From contig CP182352.1 in NCBI GenBank assembly GCA_048571215.1, positions 1,856,001 through 1,920,000 on the forward strand: a DNA stretch of 64,000 nt. The letters are read 5' to 3'. Positions 39,261-49,500 of the stretch are shown one piece after another. The translations under genes and the position numbers were made by a program. This DNA comes from Halarcobacter sp. GTDB lineage: Bacteria; Campylobacterota; Campylobacteria; Campylobacterales; Arcobacteraceae. How positions within the stretch are numbered: position 1 is the first letter of the stretch; each line of letters begins with the position of its first letter. The notes beneath the pieces were generated by a model. That model was not told where the DNA came from, ran no database searches, and saw only the letters and a list, made by a program, of their open reading frames with translations.

Positions 39261-40535
39261 GTAAATTTCATCTGGAATTCCACCATTGTCTGTATCCAAT
39301 CTTGGATCAACAGCATTATCTGTATTTGCAATTTGCAATATTATTGTTTTGCCATTAGCTAGTCTTATTTCTGTATTTTGTCCTACATTCCCCGTAACAT
39401 TTATTTTTAAAGTATTAGCATCCATCCAATCTATTTCTGGTGTATTTGAACTATAGTAATATGAAGCATCAGTTCTAGAATCATTACAATCAATAGGAGG
39501 GATATATACCATGTAGGTGTTTCCACTGATTATATTAAATGTTTGTGAACTTTGATTTACAATATAATATGGGAAATCTAAAGTTTTTGTATAAAAACTC
39601 CACTCTCTTTCTTTTAATATATTATTTTCTTTATATATAACTTTTGCACTATACTTACTACCATAATCTAATCTTTTCATAGGAAATAGTGCAAAATCTT
39701 TATCTGTAAAATGATTATTTATATCACTACTCTCATCCATGATTGTTGTATTTGTAATCTCATTATTATTTTCATCAAAAAGTTGAAAAGATTCTAAAGA
39801 GATCGTTCCTGTAGTTAAAGGATTAAATTGAATACTAATTGGATTTCCAGTAACACTGCAGCTAGGAAGGGGATCGGGAGATTCTTCAAAGAATGCTGGT
39901 TGAAAATCTATTTGATTTGAATATGGCCAAGTTACAATATCTGGATTTAATAAAATATTTTTATTTTTTATTTGATCATACAAAGAAGCTTCTATTCTAA
40001 ATTTAGTTCTTTCACAAACACCTGTATAATAAGCATTATAACCTAAATAACTAAAATCACCATTGCAAAGAGAATTTATATAAGTATTTCCTAGATTATA
40101 TACATGGGTAAATAAATCTCCATATTCAGTATTTATTGATTGTGCAATCCCTATTTCATTATAAAAAAAATCTAAAAAACCTAGTCTATGGTAAATGGCA
40201 GTAAATAAACCATCAATTGAACTTTCATAATTAGAATATCCCACAGTCATATTTTCAGCTATATATGATTCATAATTAACTGCAAATGCTCTATCCCAAG
40301 GTGTTACACCAGTATATTCTGGATTTGTTGAAGTTTCATAATGACCTTCATATCCATAGGTATAAATATTTGTAGATACATAATTCGCATGATTTTGTGC
40401 AGATTGATTTAAAGTTGTATTTTGAGTATATTGTGTCATACCAACTTTTAAACGCTTATCATTCAAATACTCCAATGGTGTTTGTGCAAATAGTATATTT
40501 ACAAAAAAAATACCTATTAAAAACTTTTTTATCAT
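38628..40535 (-). CDS. Secreted CAP(SCP)-domain protein with Asp-rich Ca-binding repeats and shared C-terminal module W
   Basis: Signal peptide; YLN..R...LNQSAQNHANY, AEN, AIYHRLGFL, EIGIA; DxDxDG repeats; GWNL...GYW module. Confidence 0.85.
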   Translation of the reverse strand: MIKKFLIGIFFVNILFAQTPLEYLNDKRLKVGMTQYTQNTTLNQSAQNHANYVSTNIYTYGYEGHYETSTNPEYTGVTPWDRAFAVNYESYIAENMTVGYSNYESSIDGLFTAIYHRLGFLDFFYNEIGIAQSINTEYGDLFTHVYNLGNTYINSLCNGDFSYLGYNAYYTGVCERTKFRIEASLYDQIKNKNILLNPDIVTWPYSNQIDFQPAFFEESPDPLPSCSVTGNPISIQFNPLTTGTISLESFQLFDENNNEITNTTIMDESSDINNHFTDKDFALFPMKRLDYGSKYSAKVIYKENNILKEREWSFYTKTLDFPYYIVNQSSQTFNIISGNTYMVYIPPIDCNDSRTDASYYYSSNTPEIDWMDANTLKINVTGNVGQNTEIRLANGKTIILQIANTDNAVDPRLDTDNGGIPDEIYQDNDNDTISDSYEIANGLNPLVNDANGDLDSDGKTNLEEYQDGTKANDANSRVFTLNLISGWNLVALELNSNIDISSLNNSYIQTIKGLQNGVWKDWDVNSNSNTLTSLEDGYGYWIKVSQDTSVNILGDGLADSITITPNQWNMIGSQTISDINQFFTDNPNVKVIWKYDSVNQEYKAISSDSIIQNELDSKSIPNIISIESIEGFFVK

Positions 40536-41156
40536 TTTACAAAAATCCCTTCATTTGGTTTTATACTTAAAATACTTGGTATACCTTTTGTATCCAAATC
40601 ATTTTGGATATCTGTATCACTTGATATAGCTTGATATTGCCCGTTTGTATATTTCCAGATAACTTTTACATTTGGATTATCTGTGAAAAACTGGTTTATA
40701 TCACTTATTGTTTGTGAACCTATCATATTCCATTGGTTTGGTGTGATTGTTATAGTATCTGCTAAACCATCACCTAAGATATTTACAGGTGTAGCTTGTG
40801 ATACTTTTATCCAATAGGCATATCCATCTTCTAGGCTTGTAAGAGTATTTGTAGTTGAAGTTTTGCTCCAATTTTTCCATACACCATTTTGTAAACTTCT
40901 TATTGTTTGGATATTACTATTATTTAAGCTAGATATATCTACATTTGAGTTTAATTCTAAAGATACTAGATTCCATCCTGTTTTTAGGTTTAGGGTAAAC
41001 ACTCTTGAGTTAGCATCATTTGGTTTTGTTCCATCTTGATACTCTTGAATATTTGTTTTTCCATCATTATCCAGATCATCTTGACTATCATCTACTTGTG
41101 GGTTTAAGCCATTTGTATTTTCATATTCATCACTCATACCATCATTATCTGTATCT
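40532..41156. repeat. Duplicated C-terminal cassette, copy 2
   Basis: Near-identical to 38628-39260. Confidence 0.9.
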
Positions 41157-42028
41157 ACTTTGTTTATTGTTATAGTAACTGTATCTGTAGATGTTGCTCC
41201 ATCATTATCTTCTACTGTTAAAACTATTATATGTGTTCCAATTGTAAAATCTGTTTTGCTAAAGCTTTGTGCCGTAGATAAAACCGTTGTTCCTTCTTTC
41301 CATTCATATGAAACTATTGTCCCATCACTATCACTTGAACTTGATGCATCTAATGTAACAGTAACACTCTCATCTATACTTTGATCAAGCCCTGCATCTG
41401 CAATTGGAGAATAATTATAAAGTAAATCATCATATATTTGCTCTTGGACATTCGTAGGTATATCGGTATCTGTTTCAACTGCAATTGTATTAAACACTGA
41501 ATCAAAATTTGATAAATAACTATTATATTCACTACTAGTTAATTCACTAACAGTATCATTAATAAATCTAATATAACCTGTATCATCATAACCTTGAACA
41601 TTAAAAGTTGCTAAAGCAAATATTTTAGACTTAATTGTTTTATTATATAAATCTAAATACATATATTTTTTTAATATAGTAAAAGTTACTATTACTCGAA
41701 CTCCTTCATAATATATATCCATTGCTCTCCAATTAGTTTTTGTAGCAATACCTTCATAACCTTGCCCTGTCCAATTCATAGGATAAGTTAATTCTATACT
41801 CATAGTTGTATTCAACTCACTATCATAAAAAGATTCAGTATTAACTACATTTAAAATACCATTACCACCATTTGATACTATTAAAGTTATATTTGAACCA
41901 TCTGAAATATAATTGTAAGTTTTTGGTGTTGGTAATAAAATATCTAATTTAGGTTCGTCAAGGCTTGAAGCATAAAAACAATCCATAAATAAATAAAAAA
42001 TTAAAATAAATCTAAATACTTTTTTCAT
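40532..42028 (-). CDS. Secreted PKD-domain protein with Asp-rich repeats and shared C-terminal module W
   Basis: Signal peptide; PIADAGLDQ...LDASSSSDSDGTIVSYEW...LTVEDNDGA PKD; DTDNDGMSD; same C-terminus as neighbour. Confidence 0.85.
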   Translation of the reverse strand: MKKVFRFILIFYLFMDCFYASSLDEPKLDILLPTPKTYNYISDGSNITLIVSNGGNGILNVVNTESFYDSELNTTMSIELTYPMNWTGQGYEGIATKTNWRAMDIYYEGVRVIVTFTILKKYMYLDLYNKTIKSKIFALATFNVQGYDDTGYIRFINDTVSELTSSEYNSYLSNFDSVFNTIAVETDTDIPTNVQEQIYDDLLYNYSPIADAGLDQSIDESVTVTLDASSSSDSDGTIVSYEWKEGTTVLSTAQSFSKTDFTIGTHIIVLTVEDNDGATSTDTVTITINKVDTDNDGMSDEYENTNGLNPQVDDSQDDLDNDGKTNIQEYQDGTKPNDANSRVFTLNLKTGWNLVSLELNSNVDISSLNNSNIQTIRSLQNGVWKNWSKTSTTNTLTSLEDGYAYWIKVSQATPVNILGDGLADTITITPNQWNMIGSQTISDINQFFTDNPNVKVIWKYTNGQYQAISSDTDIQNDLDTKGIPSILSIKPNEGIFVK

Positions 42029-42062
42029 TTAAACTCCTAGTATTTCTTTTTAAATAAACCTC

Positions 42063-42131
42063 ATATCAATAAACATAATTTATTTACTGATATAAAACTT
42101 ATTTATAAAAGATAGTAAAAAATACTATCTT
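42063..42131 (-). terminator. Two tandem hairpins (probable internal terminator/stabiliser)
   Basis: AAGATAGTA-N5-TACTATCTT (42109-42131) followed by T on the minus strand; second 13-bp stem with G-U pairs at 42063-42093. Confidence 0.65.
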
Positions 42132-42203
42132 CTACAAATTTAAATATACCTTTATCCATAATATTATTATTTTTATAGATAATTTTTTTTGCCACGATTA
42201 CAA

Positions 42204-43130
42204 TTAGAAAACTGGACTTGATGGTGGCATTTCTATTGATGTGTCAGTAGGTGTTGGTACACTATAATCATTTGGGTTTACAAATGTTAGGTTTCCAAAG
42301 TTTACTACATCATTGTTTGCAGTAAATATATCACTTTGTGCTATAAATGTTGTATTATCAAAAGTTGTTTCACCCTCAAATACTTTTAACACAACTTCTT
42401 GATTAAAATAGTCTGCATTGATTTGAATAGCTGACACTGTTTTGCTTAGCATTGTTCCTTGAAATAGTGTAAACTCACCACTACTATTTGCATTTGATTG
42501 GTCTATATTTTGTGTAGAGTATATAAAAACAGTATAAGGTAAACCATTTACTCTAAGGCTTGCTTTTGAAGCAATTTCATCTCCACCTATTCCCCATGCT
42601 CTATAATCAAACATTTTAAAAATCATATCAAAATTAGCTGTTGCTTTTATCCAATAACCTTGATTTGGTAAACTTTCACCTCTTGAATAATTTATTGACT
42701 TTAAATATGTAAAAGAACTTGTATTCCCTACTCCTCCACCTGTTGCTTTTTCAACTTCTGGGTAATTTGCTAAATCAGAAGCTTGTATAGTTTCAAATGG
42801 ATAAATTAAATTCCAACCCTGTTTTAATGCAATTTTTGTTGGTACAGAAGATTTTGTATAAGTAAGTGTAGTATTATTTAAAGATTTTACCCAATAAGCC
42901 TGTCCTAGAAGAAAATCTCCTCTTGAATAATTTATTGACTTTAAATATGTAAAAGCATTTGTATTTCCTTCTCCTCCACCTGTTGCTTTTTCTATATTTG
43001 AATTATTTGAAAGTATTGAAGCACTATCAGTTGACGGTATACCTATTAGATTCCATCCCTCTTTTAACTCTAAACTATCAGCTAATAAAAAAGAACTACT
43101 TAACAGTAAAAATAAATACATTTTTTTCAT
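42204..43130 (-). CDS. Secreted protein: 2x module-W repeat + module X + Pro-rich tail (putative adaptor)
   Basis: Signal peptide; LKEGWNLIG...AYWVK and LKQGWNLIY...GYWIK; FDYRAWGIGGDEIASK domain; EMPPSSPVF. Confidence 0.85.
   Translation of the reverse strand: MKKMYLFLLLSSSFLLADSLELKEGWNLIGIPSTDSASILSNNSNIEKATGGGEGNTNAFTYLKSINYSRGDFLLGQAYWVKSLNNTTLTYTKSSVPTKIALKQGWNLIYPFETIQASDLANYPEVEKATGGGVGNTSSFTYLKSINYSRGESLPNQGYWIKATANFDMIFKMFDYRAWGIGGDEIASKASLRVNGLPYTVFIYSTQNIDQSNANSSGEFTLFQGTMLSKTVSAIQINADYFNQEVVLKVFEGETTFDNTTFIAQSDIFTANNDVVNFGNLTFVNPNDYSVPTPTDTSIEMPPSSPVF
42679..42992. repeat. Intragenic direct repeat, 240-bp (80-aa) period
   Basis: 42679-42752 vs 42919-42992; first 37 bp identical. 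Confidence 0.9.
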
Positions 43131-43132
43131 AA

Positions 43133-43507
43133 TTAATCCTTTTGTATTGTAATTGAAAATTTAATTACATCCTTATCTAAAAAAAGTTCTTCACTTTCTC
43201 CTACTAGCTTTCCATTTTTGAAAGCTTTTATTAAAATTGGTTGTAGCTTATAGTTTGAAGCTAATTTTATAGGTTCCACTTTTTTACCATTTACTGTCCC
43301 AAATAAAAGTGTAAAATCACCATCTAAATTTACATCATCTTTTTTAATATCTAAAAAAGAGAAAGGCAGAAGAGTAATCTCTTCAGCCTCTAACTTAATA
43401 GATGATTTAGAAGTAATTTCATTTCCACCAATATCATAAGCTCTATATTCAAAAGCATTTAAAGCTAGAGCACATATAAGTACTAAGAAAAAATTCCTTA
43501 TCACCAT
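43133..43507 (-). CDS. Small secreted protein consisting of module X alone
   Basis: Signal peptide then FEYRAYDIGGNEITSK...; aligns with the C-domain of 42204-43130. Confidence 0.82.
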   Translation of the reverse strand: MVIRNFFLVLICALALNAFEYRAYDIGGNEITSKSSIKLEAEEITLLPFSFLDIKKDDVNLDGDFTLLFGTVNGKKVEPIKLASNYKLQPILIKAFKNGKLVGESEELFLDKDVIKFSITIQKD

Positions 43508-43514
43508 TTATCCT

Positions 43515-46500
43515 TTATTTACTTAGAATTTCATCGAAATCTAAAGTTTCACCATCTGCGGGTATAGCTTTGTATCCAGTTGATGTTACAAGATTTCCAT
43601 TTGAGTCAAATACTTTTAACATCAAGTAGCCATTACTTGCATGAGCAGGATCTAATCCAAATACCTCTTGAGTCCCATTCACTTTAAATGAAACAAAGAC
43701 ACCAATTCCACTTCCTTGTACAACTTCTGTAGAACTATATGCTTTAATTGTATAATTTCCTATAGTTATAGTTACTGGATTTGTTAAAGCATCTATTGAA
43801 GTAATCTCTTCAACTGAAGAAGCAGTAATAGTTGCATTATCAACCCCATTAGCTGTATCATTTTGGAAATAATATGTAAAACTATTTCCTCCATTTGCAA
43901 CTATTCTTTCCTCATCATCAGTTGAAATCTTTGCATCTGAATTTGTAGGTTCAGTTTCATCGTTACCGCAAGTAACTGAAAAAATATTTGTATCAAACTC
44001 TTTCCATCTTCCATAACAAGTAGATTCTAAAACTCCACCCATATATCCAACTTCAACATATCTACCATTTAGATAGAATATGCTTGACATGTAATCTCCT
44101 CCACCAAGATCAATTAATACAACTTTATTAGAAACTACAGCCGAAACATTCAATCCTGTCATATCTTCAAAGAAATCCATAGCATTAGTACCAGACCAAA
44201 TATAATCAGTTTCTGTAAATCCTGCTTGTTTTTCTTGAGATTGAACGATATTATTATTTCCATCTAAACTAAAGCTATGTAATATTTTATAGTTTGCAGA
44301 TAAATCTACATCAATACTATCACTATCAGAAGTCCATCCTCCAACAACTGTTGTACTAGGTGTATACATAGGATTATTGTTATTATCATATCCATTAAAT
44401 GTTCCAAGTACAACTTCTCCAGTTGGTTTTAACATAAATACTTCTGGTTCTTGGAAATATGTATATCCATCAGTCAATCTTTGAACTAAACCTGATATAT
44501 CATGACTCAAATCATTATTATAGTCCCAATTCCAATTCCAAGTGTTTTGTTCTGTTTCTGTTTGCCCATCAGCTATTGTACAAGTGTTATTTGTTCTATA
44601 AAGGTCACTATATACAGTCTCTTTATACACATTTACTTTTTGAGTATCACTTGACACGCAATTCATAACACCAGCAAAACTAAATGACTTTCCATCTGGT
44701 GCTAGTGTTATTGGATTTGTTTCACTTTTTTGAAATTCAAATACACCATTATTCTTGTCATACATATTCATTGTCATTTCACTAGAAGTAAAAGTTGTTA
44801 CATCATACCAAGTTGAATCATCACTAAAGATTACAGTGTCACCTGCTGAGATTGATGCAGTTGGATATGTTAAATCTACGGCAGAAAAACCTTTAACTTT
44901 TACAACCGTTGTTTCATCTCTAGGATCTGGTGTTGTAGTTGTAGTATTTACTCTACTTCTAATACCTGCACTTGTAAATCCTAAATTATAATTTTCTGAA
45001 TTTGGGATAGTGAAAGTATCTGTTGCAATAGTAGTTGTACCCTCTTTTACAGTGAATGTAATCACTCCAGTTGAAGAATCAACACTAATACTTGGATTTA
45101 AATCTTTACCTACATAACTTCCTGTTGAAATTAACGTTGTATTTGTTAACTCTTGAGTTGTTTTATTTCCATTTGTATCATATGTGTCTAAATCTATTAA
45201 ATAAATAATTGAACTCTTTTTGATAGAAATCTTAGTAAAAAGTCCAGTTAAACTATGTTTAGAGTCATCCATATAAGCAACTAGTTCAACTCTTTGAGCA
45301 TTTGCTGCTGCATTTTCTAAAGATACCGTTGCTTGAACAGTTGATTTTTTATTATCAAATGAAGTTTTAATTTCACTTATAGAATCTGTAGCATCATCTT
45401 TTTGTGATGTTAACGTTACTATATGGGTTGTATCATCATACGTAACATCATTTCCTGTTACTGTATATTTAGATGAATCTTTTCTCTCAACAAAATCATA
45501 TCCATATTCTGTAAATGATATTGCTCCCATAGATTGTGTATCAACTGCACTTGTACCATCTTCACTTAGTGCATAATATTTTGTTGGGTCAGCAGTATAA
45601 TTAGCAACTAATAAATCAACTAGTGCTTTAAAATCACTATTTGCATAATCAGTTTCAGCTTGTTGCGTAAAGTTAAATAGATAAGAATATCCAGAACCTG
45701 AACTTTGTGTTTCCATACTAACTACTTTGTCTACTAAATAGTTAGAGATAGCTACTCCAATATATACTACTATTTTAGGTTGTGCACCTGAATCAATAAA
45801 ATTAGAGTTGATTGCAGTTTGAGCAAGTTTAACAGAAGCATTTAATGCATCTGAATAAGGTGAAACTAAATCTCCACTTCCATCAAGTGCTACATTAGGA
45901 GTCAAACCATAGTCTGTCATACTTAAGAAAGTATTTACTGCAATAATAGCATGCATGATTGGATAATCTGATGCTTGAACTGTAGAACCTGAGAACAATG
46001 ACATAGGGTCAACATCTAAATCAGACTCAGATATACCTGAAATACCTGCTACTGTTAAGATATCTATGATTTGAGTTTTTGTAAATCCATTTAAATTCAT
46101 TGTTGTTAATGGTGATGTTATAGGATTATCAACACTTGATTTTAATAAACCTTCAAATGGTACACCAACGTGTGAACCTTTTACAGTACCTAACATGATA
46201 ATTGGAGTTCCATCTGGTTGAATCTGACTAAATGTGAAGTAACCATTTTCATCAGTTACAGTAGATACTGGTTCATTTGTATCACAAGTATCATTTTTGT
46301 TTAAGTCTGCGCAAAATTGAGCCCCAATAATATATGGATCAACCGCTACATGAGCTTCTTTTACAGTGACATCAACTGTTACAGGAGTTGAACTAGCTGT
46401 TCCATCACTTGCTACTATAGTAAATGAATCACTTGAAGTGTTAGAACTTGATGTATATGTATATGAACCATCACTGTTTACTACTGCACTACCATAAGAA

Positions 46501-49500
46501 GCATCAGTTCCTAAAGAGTAAGTTAATGTTGCATCATCATTATCTACATCACTTGCTGTTACACTTCCTGATACACTTTGACCAACATAAACTGTCTTAC
46601 TATCACCTGATGTGAAAGTTGGTGCATCATTTACAGCATCAATTGTAAAAGCAACAGTTGCTTGGTTTGTTGAATCATCTATACCATCATTTACAGTATA
46701 TTGGAAACTTGCCGCTCCATTATAATCTGCATCTGGTGTAAACTCTATGTTAGTACCAACAATAGTAACAGTACCATTAATAGGGTTTGATACAGAAGAG
46801 ATTGTTAAACTATCATTATCTCCATCAGTATCATTTTGTACTAAGTCTGCTATTGCAATTGTTAGTTTTGTATCTTCATTTGTACCAGTTACACTATCAT
46901 CTACTGCTACTGGTTTTGTGTTATCAGTAACAGTGATTGTAGCTGTTGCTGTATTTGAAGTTAAGTTTGTCTCATCTTCGATAGTATAAGTAAATGTAAC
47001 AACTCCTGAGAAGTTTGCATCTGGCGTAAATACAATAGAACCATCACTTATATCACTATCTGTGAAAGTTCCTCCTGTAGTTGGTGTTCCAAGAGTTTTT
47101 ACACTTAACTGTGCTCCTGTGTCTGCATCAGTATCATTTCCTAATAATTGTGCACTTGTAATTGTAAGTGGTTTATTAATAGCTGTACTAAATGAATCAT
47201 TATTTGCTACTGGTGCATCATCTATAGCATTTACAGTTAATCCTACTGTTGCAGTTGTAGCTGAATCATCTGTTCCATCATTTACTGTATATTCAAAACT
47301 TGCTGCTCCATTATAATTTGCTATAGGAGTAAAGATAATATCACTTCCACTTATTGCTACTGTTCCACCTTGTGGATTACTTACTGATACAATATCTAAA
47401 GTATCTTGTTCTACATCATTATCATTAGCTAGTAGTGAAGCTTTTGAGATAGTAATAGGTGTATCTTCATCTGTTGAACCTGCATTATCATTACTTGGCA
47501 CTGGTGCATCATTTACTGAACTTATTGTTAATCCAACTGTTACACTATTTGCTGAGCTTGCTGTTCCATCAAAAACTTTATAATCAAAGCTTGCTGGCCC
47601 ATTGTAGTTTTCTGTTGGTGTAAATACTATATTTGTACCTACAACTGCTACTGTACCACCTTGTGGATTGCTTAAATCACTATTTAAAATAGTTAAGCTA
47701 TCACTATCTGCATCTATATCGTTTGCAACTAAACTTGATATTGCTATTGTAAGCTCAGTATCTTCTGGTGTTGTTCCACCATTTGCAACACCAACTGCTA
47801 CTGGAGTATCATTTACATTTGTAACTGTAATAGTAAATGTTTGTGATACTTTTTCATTTGATTCATCTGTTGCTGTTACTTTCATAATATGGTCACCAAT
47901 TAAAGAATCATCCCCATTTGGTGTAACATCTAATAATCCAGTAGTAGGATTAAAACTCATCCATTGAGGTAATAATGTACCATTTGAATATGTAACATCA
48001 TATGTTAATACATCATTTGCATCAATATCTTCAAAACCAGGAGTTACATCCACTTGAATTGTACTATTTTCATCTAATGTTTTATTTGTTAATTGAGTTT
48101 TTACAACTGGTGCATCATTTACATTAGTAACTTCAAGATTGAAAGATGATAATGCAACAGGAGTACTTTTTCCATCTGTTACAGTTATTGAGATTGCATT
48201 TGTAGTACCAACATCATCATTTGTTGGAGTACCACTTAATTTACCTGTTGCAGTATCAAATGTAGCCCATGATGGTTTATTTGTTATTGCAAAGGTTAAG
48301 GTATCTGCTGCATCTACATCATTTGCTGTTGGAGTAAAGCTATATTCTGTATCTTCTGCAATAGTTGTTGCAGGTGTTCCAGAGATAGTTGGAAGGTCAT
48401 TTACATCTGTAACCTCAATACTAAATGGACTTAAAGAAACTTTATCTCCCGCTTCTGTAACAGAGATTATAATATTTGAATAAGTTCCAACATCATCATT
48501 TGACGGTGTACCACTTAATTCACCTGTAGTTGTATTAAATGTAGCCCATGATGGTTTGTTTTCAATACTAAATGTTAAGTTTGCACTGTTATCATCATAT
48601 GCTGTTGGTACAAAACTATAATTTCCATCTTGTGCAATAGTTGTTGTAGGTGTACCAGATATTACAGGAACTGCCGGAATATCACTAAACTCTTTTACCG
48701 TTAAATTTACAGTTGTTGTATCTGTTGCATTTGAACCATCAGTTACTTTGATTGTAAATGTATGCAATACTTCACCAGTAACTGTTGGTGCTGTACCACT
48801 TATAGTTCCAGTTGAAGAATCAATAGATACAAATGCTGGTGCATTTTCTAGAGTAAATGTTTTTGTTTCACCATCACCTTTATCCTCTACACTAACACTA
48901 TAATTAAAAACTGTACCTTGAGTGATAGTTTTTTCTATTGTTTCTGGTGTTAAAACTGGTGTATAGTTTCCAACTGTAATATCAAATGGAGGAATAAATA
49001 CTTGACCACCTGAATTTTTAGCAGTGATTCTAATATCTGAATAAGTAGTTTGTTGAGAAACTTTTGTTGGAGTTCCACTTAATACACCTGTAACTGTATT
49101 AAATATTGCCCAATCAGGTTTACGTGAAATAGTCCAAGATGTTGCATTTTGTGCTTGTGGTTCAAACTTATATTCACTACCTGTAGTAACAGTTGTTGCA
49201 GGAGTATTTGTACCTAATGTTGGTGCTGCCATAACAGTTTGAGATACAAATTTTGTACTAAATCCACCAACAGTCAATGTTGTTTCAGTTTTTTCATTAT
49301 TATTTGAACTTGATGTATGTCTTACTCTAATAGTATCTCCATCTGTTACTGTACTATTAGCTGATGTCCATGTAACACCTTTATCTAAAGAATATTCACC
49401 ACCACTAACTGAAATAGAAGTTGCAGTATTGATTCCTTTAATAGTTTTTTCAGCTGATTCTATAAGTGTATTTAATGCAACATCATTTTTAAATGCAAAA

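Noticed and set aside
38628..42992. Near-identical repeats as DGR template/variable regions or a CRISPR array
   Set aside because: Both copies are in-frame coding domains, mismatches are not adenine-specific, and there is no reverse transcriptase, cas gene or repeat-spacer periodicity
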